From positions 181,538,001 to 181,602,000 of the forward strand of contig NC_086097.1 in assembly GCF_963921235.1 (NCBI RefSeq): a stretch of 64,000 nt of DNA. Reading direction: 5' to 3'. The notes below the pieces were generated by a model. The model was given only the letters and a program-made list of their open reading frames with translations. It did not search any database and was not told the DNA's origin. The position numbers and the translations under genes are program-made. Within the stretch, counting starts at the first letter, position 1; each line of letters starts with the position of its first letter. This DNA is from Mobula hypostoma (Eukaryota). Below, one piece after another: positions 50,301-60,339 of this stretch.

Positions 50301-53300
50301 AAACATAATGTTTAGTCTGATTACTAAAAACCTCAATTTTTTGTTTCATCAGACCACAGAACCTTCTTCCAGTTGACTTCAGTGTCTCCTGTATGCCTTT
50401 TGGCAAACTCTAGCCGAGATTTCCTGTGAGTTTTTTTTTCAACAGATGCTTTGTTTTTGCCTTTCTCCCATAAAGCTGCAACTGGTGAAACACCTGGGCA
50501 ACAGTTATTGCATATGCAGTCGCTCCCATCTTAGCCCCTGAAGCTTGTAATTCCTCCAGAGTTGTCATAGGTCTCTTGGTGGCCTCCCTCTTGATAGTCC
50601 CCTTCTTGCATAGTCACTAAGTTTTTGAGGACTACCTGCTCTAGGCAGATTTACAGCTGTGCCATATTCTTTCCATTTGTTGATGATTGACAACTGTACT
50701 CCATGGGATATTCACTGACAAGGAAATTCTCTTGTATCCCTCTCCTGACTTATGCTCTTCAATAATCTTTTCGCAGAATTGCTTGGATTGTTCTTTTGTC
50801 GTCTTACTGTAGTTTTTGCTAGGATCCTGACTCACCAGCAGTTGGACCTTCCAGATACAGGTGTATTTTTACTACAATCAATTGAAACACCTTGGCTGCA
50901 GAAAGGTGATCTTCATTTAACTAATAATGTGACTTTTAAAACTAATTGTCTGCACCAGTGATGATTTGGTGTGTCATAATAAAGGGGGTGAATACTTATG
51001 CAATCAATTATTTTGTGTTTTGTATTTGTAATTAGTTTAGCTCACTTTTTAAAGATCTGTTTTCACTTTGACACGAAAGAGTTTTTTTTCTGTTGATCAG
51101 TGTCAAAGAAGCCAAATTAAATCCACTGTGATTCAGTGTTGTAAAACCATAAAACATGAAAACTTCCAAGTGAGTACTTTTTATAGGCACTGTGTGTCCC
51201 TCATGATTTTATACCAACTCTGTAAGGTCACCTTTCAGACAAACTGCTCCCACCCTCCTCTGTAACTGGGGCCCTTGAATCTGGTAACATTTTCATGTTT
51301 CCCTTGCACTCTTTCCAACCTTGTGATGCCTTTCCAATTACAGGGTGACTGGAACTATACACAATAACTCAGGTACAGCCTCACCAACAGCATACCGTCC
51401 AACTCTTATCCTCCATCCTCTGACTGATAAAGGCCAGCGTGCCCACTGCCTTCTTCACTGTCCTGTCTACCAGTGTCCCATGGACAGAACAGATCAAATA
51501 AAGTAAAGAGTTTGTCACCCAGCCCTTGTATCTGTTCTACCATTGAGTGAGATAGCTGGTCTTTTAGCTCTGCATCTTTTACATGCGTTAACCCCATTTC
51601 CTTTCTTTTACTTCCCTTATTATCTAAACTTTTACTAATACCTGTCTGGAACATAGTCACAGCCCTGCTGAGGAGTTCAAGCGTTCACTGTGTAGAAAAT
51701 GAGGGATCATCCATGGTGGATGGAGATGAGGAAGATGTATTCTCTTGGTAGGGAGTCTTTGGAAATTCTTCCTTAAAGGGGGATGGAAGCGCAGTCTTTG
51801 AATATTGCTATTGGAATCAGTTTATTATCGTCACATGTACCAAAATGCAGTGAAAAGCTTGTTTTGCATACTGTTCATACAGATCAAATTATTACACAGT
51901 GCATTGAGGTAAAATGAGATAAAACGGTAACAATGCAGAGTAAAGTAAGAGCTATTGATAAAAGTGCACTGCAGGTAAATGATAAAATGCAGGATGGCAA
52001 CAAGATAGATCGTGAGGTCAAGAGTTCATCTTATTGGACTTGAAGTCCATTCAAGAGTCTGATAACAATGGGTAGGAGCTGCCCTTGATCCTGGTAGTAG
52101 AGGTGTCCCCCGCTTTTCGAACGTTCGCTTTACGAAACCTCACTGTTACGAAAAAAGCAGTGCGCGAAAAATGGCGGCGTGCAAAAAAAAAAGCAGTGCG
52201 CGCCCCGAGCAGCCAAGCTCCTCCCCCAGAACTGCATTCTAGCCGCCATTGCTTAAACACATGCTTTATCTCGATTTATTTTGTGCATCCGTTAGCAAGA
52301 TAAGTTCTAAGGTATCGGAAAAGTCTAAAAGAGCTCGTAAGGGTGTTACACTTAGCGTAAAACTAGACATAATTAAGCATTTCGATTGCAGTGAATGAAG
52401 TAAGGACATTGTCGGTGCGTTGAACTTGCCTGCATCCACCATTCGTGCTATTTACACGCAGAGAGAAAAAATCTTGAAAGCTGCCGATGTTACTGTTGGT
52501 TCTGCTCGTAGCAAAGTGGTCTCTCGGCATCCAGTAATGGATAAAATGGAAAGTCTGTTGCTTGAGTGGATTGATGGGTGTACAAAACATGGTGTTCCTT
52601 TAAGTTATCTTATACTTAAGGAGAAATCAGTCAGTCTTTTTAATAAGCTGAGACAGAAAGCACTGGCCGATGGTGATGAAAGTATTGCGAAAGTGGAATT
52701 TAAAGGTAGTCACGGGTGGTTTGATCGGTTTCTGAGGCGAGGGCAGCTTCATAGTTTAACGGTTACAGGAGAGAGTGCTTCGGCTGATAACTGAAGCTGC
52801 TGGAAGGTTCCCAGCAGAACTGAAGAAAATAATTACATAAGGTGGTTAATTCGTATAAGCAAGTGTTTAACTGTGATGAAACTGCAATTTATTGGAAAAA
52901 GTTGCCGAGTAAGACATTTATTTCTAAAGAAGAAAAGCAGGCTAAGGGACACAAGGCATCAAAGGACAGGTTTACCCTAATGCCTATTATTAACGCCACT
53001 AAGCCTCTACTAGTGTACCATTCAGAAAATCCGAGGGCACTTAAAGGCGTTGATAAGAAAACACTTCCCGTTGTGTTCCATTCACATCCAAGCAGTTAGA
53101 ACACCCAAGTGCTTTTTTCTGAGTAAATGAGCAGATGCGTTAGTTCTTTTGTTGAAAAATACTGTAGAGAAAATAACCTCGATAATAGGTGTCTTGTGAT
53201 TGTCGATAATTGTGCTGCTCATCCGCCTGCCATTACCGAGTATGGCGGTAACATTCCTGTTGCGTCCTTACCGCCGAATACGACATCGTTGCTGCAGCCT

Positions 53301-56300
53301 TGTGACCAAGGCCTAATAGCCACAATTAAGGCTTACTATACGCAAAATGTGATGCGTTTTATTGTAAGTGCTATTGACAGAGACGGCAACTCTGAAGCAT
53401 CTTTGCGAGAGATCTGGAAAGACTATAATATAAAACTGGCAATCGCCAACGTTGGAGATGCTCTTGATAGGCTAACAGTCTCGATGAGAAATGGCGTTTG
53501 GAGGAAACTGTGTCCCGAAGCAGTGAACGATTTTAAAGGCTTCGAACCATCAACAATAAATACGACAATAGTGAGCTTGGCTAAGGAGGCTGGGTTTGTG
53601 GAAGTTGACGAAGATGATGTTGAAGAGGTTTTGGCATCCCATGACCAAGAATTGACAGATGAAGAACTGATGCAATTGCAAGAGGAAAGGATAACAATCG
53701 AAACCGAACGCAGTAGCGAAAATGAAGTCGTCCAGGGACTGAACGTGAAGCAGTTGCATGAGATTTTTGCTGCGATTGACAGCACTACAATGATTGCAGA
53801 AAAGTATGACTTTAATTTTGAAAGGGCACGTAGGTTTAGGGCAGGTTTGCAGGATGTTTTGAGTGCTTACAAAGAACTCTATGATCTAAAAATGTGCGAG
53901 GCTCAGCAGTCAAGTTTTTCAAGCCTTGCACATCAGCCACAGCAGACGATGAATTTTGACCTTCGACATTGAGGCAGGCAGACATAGAAGATGATGACCT
54001 GGCTGCCCTATTGGAAATAGACTATGATGAGATGACACCCCAGTCTCCTCTACCTCCCACCACCCCAATTTCCGACGACTCAGCCTAACACACCATCCCG
54101 ATTCCCGTAAGTGAAACTACACTGTACATACATTATTTCTACTTTATATAGGTTGTGTATTTTTGTGTTATTTAGTATGATTTGTTATTTGGTATGATTT
54201 GTCAGCCTCATAGCTTAAAGGTTACTGGAGAGAGTGCTTCCGCCAACAGCGCATGCATGAGATTTTCACTGCGCTAGACTGTGCTTCAATGATTGCAAAA
54301 AGTAATTCTACTTTATATGGGCTGTGTATTTTTGTGTTATTTAGTATTTGTTATTTGGTATGATTTGGCAGCCTCATAGCTTAAAGGTTACTGCAGAGAG
54401 TGCTTCTGCCGAGAGCGCCTGCGTGAGATTTTCACTGCGCTAGACTGTGCTTCAATGATTGCAAGAAGTATTTCTACTTTATATAGGCTGTGTATTTGTC
54501 ATATCATTCCTGCTTTTACTATATGTTACTGTTATTTTAGGTTTTATGTGTTATTTGGCATGATTTGGTAGGTTATTATTTGGGTCTGGAAACGCTCAAA
54601 AATTTTTCCCATATTAATAAATGGTAATTGCTTCTTCACTTTACGACATTTCGGCTTACAAACCATTTCATTGGAATGCTCTACCTTCAGATGGCAGGGG
54701 AAACCTGTATGTGCTTTCAGGTACATATCTTCTGCCTGACAGGGAAGGAAGAAGAGAGAATGTCCATGGTGGGTAAGGTCTTTGATTATACTGGCTGCTT
54801 TACCAAGGCAGCGAGAAATGTAGACAAGAGTCCATAGAGAGTTTCATGATGTGCTGAGCTCAGTCCACAACTCTGCACTTTCTTGCGGTCATGATCGGAG
54901 CTGTTGCTGACCAAGCATTGCTAAAATTTGGTAAGGGTCAACAGGGACATGCCAAATTTCTTTAGCCTCATGAAGAAGTAGAGGCAATGGTGAGTTTTCT
55001 TGGCCGTGACATCAATGTGGTTGGAGCAGGCAGAGATGTTGTTAAGGCAAAGGTGAACAAATTCCTGAAGCGCAAGTTGGTGATGGGTTACTATAGATAG
55101 TCAGACAATCAAATCACTGTGATGTTACAACAAACTTGAGGGACTGAGTGGTCTCCTGTTACTCCAAATTTCTACCAAGTCCTTGCATTCCTGGGTGCTT
55201 ACTCAACTCGCAGACTGATTCCTCACTGTGACTGGGAGGCAACTACACTGTCACAACCCATGCTTCAGAAGCAGAGCATGGGTCAAGTCTGCTTAATCTC
55301 TCCTCAGAGAATAAACTCCCTCCCACCCCACCCCTTCAACACAGTGTTCAGCGCAATGAACCTTCTCTGCCTTCCTTTTGTCCGAAATACCGTCTTCCTT
55401 TGGGTAGGGGTTGTGAAAAATGAGGGCCCTGGTCTGATTGCCACATTGATGGATCAGGGTGTGGCTGTGTTTGTCTGGAGGAGACCTCTTGCTTTTGTTG
55501 ATCCTTTTACTCTGTGCTCTTCATGCCTACAGAATGATCGCAAGAAGGTGCAGTCAGCGATGAAGGCAGCCTGGAAGGCCATGGAGAAGGAGGAGAAGAT
55601 TCCTTGGATTAAGAAGGCAGCAGATGACCAGAGGAGATATGAGGTATGTGCCTCCGTCATTGGGCTTCCAGTTTGAAGAACGTAAAGCACAGGAACATCA
55701 GTTGGTCAGTCACACCCTTGAGCCTGCTCTGCTATTGAGTAAGATTATGGTTGATCCAGTCTTGGCCTCCCACAACTTTCTTGCTTCCTCCACGTGTGTC
55801 AGACAAATTCACTGGATAATGCAGTCAGTATGGACGAGTTGGGCTGAAGGGCCTGTTTCTGTGCTATACAACTTTGACTCCACATGCTCTTTATTTCCTT
55901 GTAGTTCACATGTTTGTTGTCATTTCCTGCCATGAAAGTTTTCAGTGACTCTGCCACCGCACTCAGAGATAGAGAAGTTTCAAAGAATCACAAGCTTCCA
56001 AGAGGAGGGATTTCCCTACCCTTCTGGCACAGAGTCTGGCCCTGTGGCTCAGAAGGGTAGGGAAAGGAAAAAGTTGCAGTAATTGGGGACTCTATTGTTA
56101 GGGGGTCAGCCAGTCAATTCTGTGGACACAGGAAAGAAACATGGATTGGGGAGCATGCCTTATGAGAATAGGTTGAGTGAACTCGGCCTTTTCTTCTTGG
56201 ACCTGATAGAGGTGTAAAAGATGATGAGAGGCATTGATCGTGTGGATAGTCAAAGGCTTTTTCCCAGGGCTGAAATGGCTAATATCAGAGGACACAGTTT

Positions 56301-59300
56301 TAAGGTGCTTGGAAGGAGGTACAGGGGAGGTGTCAAGGGTAAATTTTTTTTACGCATTGAGTGGTGAGTGCGTGGAATGGGCTGCCAGTGACGGTGGTGG
56401 AAGCGGATACCATAGGGTCTTTTAAGAGACTCCTGGACAGGTACAGGGAGTTCAGAAAAAGAGAGGGCTATGGGTAACCCTAGGTAATTTCTAAGCACAG
56501 CATTGTGGGTCGAAGGGCCTGTATTGTGCTGTAGGTTTTCTATGTTTCTATGTTCCTCTTCATCTAAAGTGAGTGACTTCTCATTCTGAGCTGGTATCCC
56601 TCTGTTTTAGGTAACCCCAGTGGGGGACGTCCTCCAAGCGTCTGTACTGGTCATCCCACCTCCTCAGATTTTGTACATCTTGATAAGGTGCCCTCTCACT
56701 TTACCCAATTCCTGTGAGTATCAGCCTAACCCCTGTTCACTCACCAACTCCTTCACCATGGGATTGACCCAGTGACGCTTCTCTGTGCAGCCTGCAATGC
56801 AAGCACATCCTGCCTTGAATACAGTGAATGTGAAGCATACAGTACTCTGAGACTTCAAAAATTCCTTACTTTTACACTCCACAGGTCTTGCAATAAATAA
56901 CAATGTTCCATCAACCCTCCTAATTACTTGTTGTAGTTGGATGCCAACACTTTTTGCTCCAGATCCCTTTGTACATGTACATGTCATAATCTCAATCCAT
57001 CTCAATAATGGTTTTCATCTCCCAATTTCTAACCCATTCAGTCAACCTATCTATATCCCTTTATTTCTCCTTTGTGTTCCTTGTATAACTTGCTACATGC
57101 TTACCTATCTATCATCAGTCTTGGCTATTCTGCTTTTGATTACAGTTCAAGTCATTGACAATAAATAGATTAGCACCTCACTAGTTACTGACTGTCAATC
57201 TGAAAATTATTTATTCTAACCCTGTTTTCTGTTAGCCTGGCATCTCAATATTATCTACCTTCACTGAGGTGCATGAAGATGGGACTGTGTGTATTCATGT
57301 TTTCCCAGGAAAAGGGAACTAAGTATTAGAGGACCTAGGTTAGAGATGAGAGGGGAAAGATTTAAAAGTAACACTGGGGACAACCTTTTCACACGGGATG
57401 ATAACTATATGGAAAGAGCTGCCAGAGGAAGTGGTTGATGCAAGTACAATAACAACATTTAAAATGCATTTGGACGCATACATGGATAGGAAACATTTAA
57501 AGAGATCTGGGCTAAACACGGACAGATGGGACTAGCTTGGAAAGGAGTCCTGGTCAGCTTGGATGAGTAGGGCCGAAGAGCAAGTTCCCGCTCTGTAGCA
57601 CTCTTTGACTCCGATCCACGGCTAAGCCCTATGCAGCAACATTTATGTGGTACATTATCAAGTGTCTGCTGGAAATCCTACACACCTGGTTCTCCTGCAG
57701 GCACCTTATTTGTTACATCATCAAAACTTATAACAAATTTGTTCAATACAATTCTCCATTCACTGTAATTAATTTGCTCTGCTTGATAATCCTGTGATTT
57801 TTTTTTCTGAATATTTTACTAATCCCTCCTTGATGAAGGTCCTCCAGACCTTCTCAGTGACTGAGGCTAACCCAGCTGACAGTTTGCTGCTCTCACAAAC
57901 CTCTGAACTCTGGAGGGGTTCAGTCATGGTGCCAGGAGCATCCCTCCCTGAGGTTCCTCAAACCAGTGAAAACTAGACACCGGGGTGCTCTCTTAGCATG
58001 TATACTCCCCACCCCACCCCCCGAAACCACCGAGATACACTCTCAGCATGGCTCGCTCCCCATCCGCAGGGCACTCTCTCAGCAAGCCTTTCCCGCCTCA
58101 CCACTGGGACACTTCCTCAGTGCAGCTCTTGTGACAGGAACAAGCAGGTCATTGGTTGAATAAATGAGTTCAGGACCCAAGACCATACACTTCACTATCA
58201 TGGGGTAACAGTGAGATTAAAGATTAGCTTTGTTTGTCACATGTGCATTGAAAGAGAGTGAAGTGCGTTATGTCACCAACCAACATAGTCCGACAATGTG
58301 CTGTGGGGAGCCCACAAGTATTGCCATGCTTTCAGCATCAACATAGCATGCCCACAACTTACTAACCCTAACTGTACATCTTTTGAACGTGGGAGGAAAC
58401 TGAAACATCCTGAGGAAACCCGTGCGACCTCAGTGAGGATGTACCAACACCTTACAGACTGTGGTGTGAATTAAACCCCGATCGCTGATGCTCTAAACGC
58501 TACAGTACCAATTTGTACTGAGTCACAGTCACAGCAGTGTTGAATGTTGGCTTACTCTATCAGTCAAGTTCCAAGCACACATTGTGTCCTTGGATCTCAG
58601 TAATGCCTTGTTGTTTTTGGAAGTGATGTTCAGAAAGGGGGACACCGATTGATGACCTACTCCATGAGCTCCCAGCTCAGAGAGACCATCAACTGTGCCC
58701 ACAATGTTAGCCTACGGTCCACTGTCAGCTCACCTCCCTGCTCCCTTATAGCCAGTGTGGGTGGACGGTGTCTGACAAGAGTTGCCATTGTGTTACAGAG
58801 GGAACTGTCAGAGAGTCGGTGTACAACAGGCACAGCTCCACCAAGCAAGAAGCTGAAGTTTGATGGGGAACCGAAGAAGCCACCGATGTAAGTAACAGTC
58901 AACACTGTCCCTCCATTCAGTGCCAGAGTTCTCGCAATGACCCCAATGCTTCCCATTCACAACCAGCGCTCCCCATTTGCTGCTAGTGCTCTGACACTGG
59001 GCCTAAGGATGACGACCCCCGCCCCAGTTCACTGCCAGCGCTCTGACACTGGCCCTAGTTGCTGCCAGTATCCTCAGACCATCCAGACGTGAGGGGACCA
59101 AGCTTGATCTGTGCTGTACTGACCTGTTGACCTGTGCCCTGCAGGAGTGGTTACCAGATGTTCTCCCAAGAGCTGCTGACGAGTGGCGAGCTGAGCCACT
59201 TTGGGCTCAAGGAGAGGATGGTGGAAATTGGACGCAGGTGGCAAAAGCTCAGCCAGACCCAAAAGGATGTGTACAAGAAGCACGTGGAGCAGCAGCAGCA

Positions 59301-59767
59301 GGAGTACAAGGCGGAGCTGGAGGTCTGGCTCAAGGTGGGTACCTTCTAATTGTTCACAGATCTCTCCCCACCGGTACTGTGCCCCAGTGCTGTACAGTGA
59401 CAGCCCCGTCCCCACCGGTACTGTGCCCCGGTGTTGTACAGTGGACAGCCCCGTTCCCACCGGTACTGTGCCCCAGTGTTGTACAGTGACAGACTTGAAC
59501 CCACCAATACAACTTCTTGGTGTTTTACAGACAGACTTGCCCCACCACTACAGTACTCCATCGGTATACAGTGACATCTAACCCCACCAGTACTGTACCC
59601 TAGTGTTGTACAGTGACAGAACTGTACCCTGGTGTTACTGTTTTAAATCTATTTAATCGATCATTTGAATATCTTTTGTCTGTGTAAATTTGAGTTTGGC
59701 AGCTTTTCTTCTCTTTCAGTCACTCTCCCCACAAGAGAGGGCTCTGTACGTGGAGTACACCGCCACG
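6131..59767 (+). CDS. ubtfl: Upstream binding transcription factor-like (UBF / nucleolar transcription factor 1 family), multi-exon CDS, 3' end outside window: join(6131-6200,11633-11808,14862-14945,16117-16272,17056-17120,29537-29657,30993-31103,34104-34231,36585-36726,42225-42266,44086-44238,45417-45560,48449-48628,55533-55643,58799-58887,59145-59334,59720-59767)
   Basis: Exons join in frame with matching phases and no stops (2010 nt). Peptides match [115 protein letters not shown]. Assignment to ubtfl rather than ubtf rests on recalled diagnostic residues ([39 protein letters not shown]). Confidence 0.93.
7270..9325 (-). mobile_element. Penelope-like retroelement (GIY-YIG endonuclease region) with inverted pseudo-LTR, single insertion
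   Basis: ORF pieces [21 protein letters not shown] and [15 protein letters not shown]...[10 protein letters not shown] on the - strand, with an inverted + strand copy at about 8665-9325. Flanked by a 14-bp TSD tctgctgctatgga (7256-7269 and 9326-9339). Confidence 0.9.
11125..11470. mobile_element. Decayed palindromic Penelope-terminus-derived repeat(s)
   Basis: Central hairpin GGTTGAGATCCTGtATCTG-cac-CAGATgCAGGATCTCAACC with ggcagcatct / agatgctgcc arms. A second terminus with CTGAAGA...GAAA lies at 11348-11386. Confidence 0.65.
11633..11808 (+). CDS. ubtfl: UBTF-like exon 3, N-terminal dimerisation domain ([16 protein letters not shown]...[16 protein letters not shown]...LACE)
   Basis: tttcag| acceptor, GAG|gttagt donor, 176 nt, clear UBF homology. 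Confidence 0.95.
12040..14650. mobile_element. Decayed CR1 (+) interrupted by Rex1/Babar-like LINE (-, about 13030-14150) that itself contains a second Rex-like 3' end (+, about 13168-13535)
   Basis: CR1 endonuclease remnants ([18 protein letters not shown]), Rex-type [21 protein letters not shown]...[10 protein letters not shown], (tcaag)n tail, and [13 protein letters not shown]...[13 protein letters not shown] with aataaagtatgagtatgactatg tail. Confidence 0.75.
14862..14945 (+). CDS. ubtfl: UBTF-like exon 4 ([28 protein letters not shown])
   Basis: tttctccag| acceptor, AAG|gtatgt donor, 84 nt. Confidence 0.95.
16117..16272 (+). CDS. ubtfl: UBTF-like exon 5, HMG box 1 ([52 protein letters not shown])
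   Basis: tttatttcag| acceptor, AAG|gtgtga donor, 156 nt, near-identical to UBF box 1. Confidence 0.97.
17056..17120 (+). CDS. ubtfl: UBTF-like exon 6 ([22 protein letters not shown])
   Basis: cttttcacag| acceptor, CAG|gtacct donor, 65 nt, ends in phase 2. Confidence 0.93.
19198..21261 (-). mobile_element. Tigger/pogo DNA transposon with fragmented transposase (MER46C-like ends)
   Basis: TIRs caggtccacaataccttacccgaaat / atttcggataaggaattgtggacctg. TA target (right TA; left mutated to TT) inside the Nimb endonuclease. Transposase motifs [36 protein letters not shown]. Confidence 0.92.
22201..22370 (-). mobile_element. Penelope pseudo-LTR fragment with intact minimal hammerhead motif
   Basis: Near-identical to the termini at 7270-7430 and 37007-37144. 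Confidence 0.85.
22303..22338 (-). ncRNA. Minimal type I hammerhead ribozyme motif (Penelope-associated)
   Basis: The minus strand reads AGUC-CUGACGA-A-GGGU(CUCG)GCCC-GAAAC-GUC-GACU: stem I, conserved core, stem II, palindromic ACGU stem III and a GUC triplet. Activity is untested. Confidence 0.7.
23480..26770 (+). mobile_element. Decayed CR1 LINE (ORF1 SGNH-esterase-like plus ORF2 remnants) with nested antisense CR1 3' fragment (about 25225-26150)
   Basis: Motifs [27 protein letters not shown]...[11 protein letters not shown] and GNYRPVSL. Nested ORF 25651-26040 (-) contains [13 protein letters not shown]. Confidence 0.8.
27291..28094 (+). mobile_element. Solo LTR (probably Gypsy), 804 bp
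   Basis: TG...CA ends (tgtgatg...gtaaca), 4-bp TSD ctct (27287-27290 and 28095-28098), inserted in an antisense CR1 fragment. AATAAA at 28006-28011. Confidence 0.8.
29537..29657 (+). CDS. ubtfl: UBTF-like exon 7, start of HMG box 2 ([40 protein letters not shown])
   Basis: tttatttccag| acceptor, GAG|gtaaag donor, 121 nt. Confidence 0.95.
30993..31103 (+). CDS. ubtfl: UBTF-like exon 8, 37 aa of HMG box 2 ([37 protein letters not shown]), GC donor
   Basis: tttccatctgcag| acceptor, 111 nt, homologous to the UBF1-specific exon. The donor at the homologous position is GAG|gcaagc; the two nearest GT dinucleotides are out of frame. Confidence 0.9.
31186..33679 (-). mobile_element. Young 5'-truncated CR1 LINE, ORF2 (endonuclease end + RT) with two frame breaks
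   Basis: ORFs 33059-33685, 32212-32913 and 31281-32297 ([47 protein letters not shown]). (TTTCTATG)n tail at 31186-31205. Confidence 0.96.
34104..34231 (+). CDS. ubtfl: UBTF-like exon 9 ([43 protein letters not shown])
   Basis: cattttgcag| acceptor, ACC|gtgagt donor, 128 nt. Confidence 0.96.
35104..35436 (+). mobile_element. tRNA-derived SINE with 13-bp TSD
   Basis: A-box-like TGGCACAATG (35118-35127), B-box GGTTCGAAACC (35162-35172), internal (CT)n and (GCAC)n, A-rich end. TSD aaaatatatctgc at 35091-35103 and 35437-35449. Confidence 0.85.
36585..36726 (+). CDS. ubtfl: UBTF-like exon 10, HMG box 3 ([47 protein letters not shown])
   Basis: ttttaatttcag| acceptor, CAG|gtgagg donor, 142 nt. 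Confidence 0.97.
36936..37144 (+). mobile_element. 209-bp foldback Penelope-derived mini-element with hammerhead core in the loop
   Basis: About 70-bp near-perfect inverted arms. 12-bp TSD gtaattttatag / gtaatcttatag (36924-36935, 37145-37156) inside a CR1 fragment. Confidence 0.88.
37200..41125 (-). mobile_element. Near-full-length decayed CR1 LINE (ORF1 esterase remnants + ORF2)
   Basis: ORFs 40150-40593 ([10 protein letters not shown]...VHVGINDIG), 39214-39474 (LDWVLCN, SDHN), 38548-39235 (PGPDG) and 37363-38023 (LVRPHLEYC). Confidence 0.9.
40426..40852 (+). mobile_element. Penelope pseudo-LTR inserted in CR1 ORF1
   Basis: [20 protein letters not shown] GIY-YIG C-terminus, hammerhead-like CTGATGA...GAAA at 40765-40802, 14-bp TSD atgcaggtatttct (40412-40425, 40853-40866). 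Confidence 0.85.
42225..42266 (+). CDS. ubtfl: UBTF-like exon 11 ([14 protein letters not shown])
   Basis: ttcctccctcag| acceptor, GAG|gtgagt donor, 42 nt. Confidence 0.93.
42361..42790. mobile_element. Older inverted Penelope-terminus pair
   Basis: cagatgctggaatctg...ctggaggaactcag at the left end and gatgctacctgacctgctgagttcctc...tgtgttgc at the right end. Confidence 0.6.
43400..43870 (-). mobile_element. Rex1/Babar-like LINE 3' fragment
   Basis: [14 protein letters not shown]...[15 protein letters not shown]. Confidence 0.75.
44086..44238 (+). CDS. ubtfl: UBTF-like exon 12, box3-box4 linker ([20 protein letters not shown]...[12 protein letters not shown])
   Basis: gttgcttag| acceptor, AAG|gtgagt donor, 153 nt. 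Confidence 0.93.
45417..45560 (+). CDS. ubtfl: UBTF-like exon 13, HMG box 4 ([48 protein letters not shown])
   Basis: Long pyrimidine tract ending ttgcag|, donor AGG|gtaggg, 144 nt. Confidence 0.93.
46370..46660 (+). mobile_element. Decayed V-SINE/HE1-like SINE
   Basis: gggttcaatcctg B-box-like sequence followed by V-domain-like ttctccc...gggtgctctggtttcttcccc and a CR1-type tail gggctgaagggcct. Confidence 0.6.
46660..47240 (-). mobile_element. Rex1/Babar-like LINE 3' fragment
   Basis: ORF 46838-47113 [22 protein letters not shown]...ITDWYG...[12 protein letters not shown], with a (tcagaa)n tail. Confidence 0.8.
48449..48628 (+). CDS. ubtfl: UBTF-like exon 14 ([13 protein letters not shown]...[25 protein letters not shown]), GC donor
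   Basis: cctgttttccag| acceptor. Homology ends at CAG|gcgagt (GC donor), giving 180 nt. Confidence 0.9.
49691..51192 (-). mobile_element. Tc1-family DNA transposon (IR/DR type), decayed transposase
   Basis: Long TIRs cagtgcctat.aaaagtat / tactttttataggcactg, TA target at left. Motifs [36 protein letters not shown]. Inserted in a CR1 3' fragment. Confidence 0.92.
52100..54707 (+). mobile_element. Tigger1-like (pogo) DNA transposon, near full length, frameshifted transposase
   Basis: TA-flanked ends gaggtgtcccccgc / gcaggggaaacctg. ORFs 52420-52794 (CENP-B-type [14 protein letters not shown]), 52842-53099 ([11 protein letters not shown]) and 53127-53972 ([24 protein letters not shown]). Internal ~170-bp duplication at about 54130-54500. 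Confidence 0.93.
55533..55643 (+). CDS. ubtfl: UBTF-like exon 15, HMG box 5 ([37 protein letters not shown])
   Basis: cctacag| acceptor, GAG|gtatgt donor, 111 nt. Confidence 0.96.
56145..56555 (+). mobile_element. CR1 3' end (same subfamily as 62170-62608)
   Basis: Near-identical to the 62170-62608 copy, with tttctatgtttctatg tail. Confidence 0.85.
58799..58887 (+). CDS. ubtfl: UBTF-like exon 16 ([30 protein letters not shown])
   Basis: tgttacag| acceptor, GAT|gtaagt donor, 89 nt. Confidence 0.95.
59145..59334 (+). CDS. ubtfl: UBTF-like exon 17, HMG box 6 ([37 protein letters not shown]...EVWLK)
   Basis: ccctgcag| acceptor, AAG|gtgggt donor, 190 nt. Confidence 0.96.
59366..59635. repeat. 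~44-bp minisatellite in intron 17
   Basis: Tandem cccaccggtactgtgccccagtgttgtacagtgacag units, three well preserved and further degenerate ones. Confidence 0.85.
59720..59767 (+). CDS. ubtfl: UBTF-like exon 18 ([16 protein letters not shown])
   Basis: ttttcttctctttcag| acceptor, ACG|gtgagt donor, 48 nt. Confidence 0.92.
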
Positions 59768-60339
59768 GTGAGTAACTCAGCATGTAGAAGCAGCATTCCC
59801 AGCAGAAATTTTAAAAAATAACAAGTGGCACACCGCTGGTCACGGGCCTTCAGTGCACAAGTCTTCCACTCCTTTCACCAAGCCAGCTTTGTATCCAACA
59901 GCTAGTTCACCCTGGATTCCGTATTCTGGTCCAGCTGATCACAAAGGACCATGTCAAAGTCCTTGCCAAAGTCCATGTAGACAATGACCACTGACCTGCC
60001 CTCATCAGTCCACTTGGTCACCTCTTGATAAAGCATTTGTAAGACAGGTAAGACGTATTCTCCCACATCCAAACTGATATTGACTATCCCTAATCCATCC
60101 TGTCCTTTAGAATCTCTTTGAGTAACCTCTCCACCACTGACTGCTCGGTGGCCTGTGGATCCCTGACTGTCCTTGCAACCCTGTTAAAATTATAATCAAA
60201 TTTTACCATCCTGCAGTCTTCCAGTTCCTCACCAGGGCTCCTATATCTTCTTCTTTTGCTACCCACAATTTTCCTGGACAAACTTGATTGGGCCATGGGA
60301 TTTATCCACCTCAAAACCATCAGCACCACCATTTTTTTC

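Noticed and set aside
52420..53972. Domesticated TIGD/CENP-B-like gene
   Set aside because: The transposase has stops and frameshifts and sits between TIRs with TA duplications, so it is an ordinary Tigger copy. The same applies to 19847-21129.
59366..59635. CRISPR-like regular repeats
   Set aside because: Head-to-tail units with no unique spacers, in a eukaryotic intron, with no cas genes.
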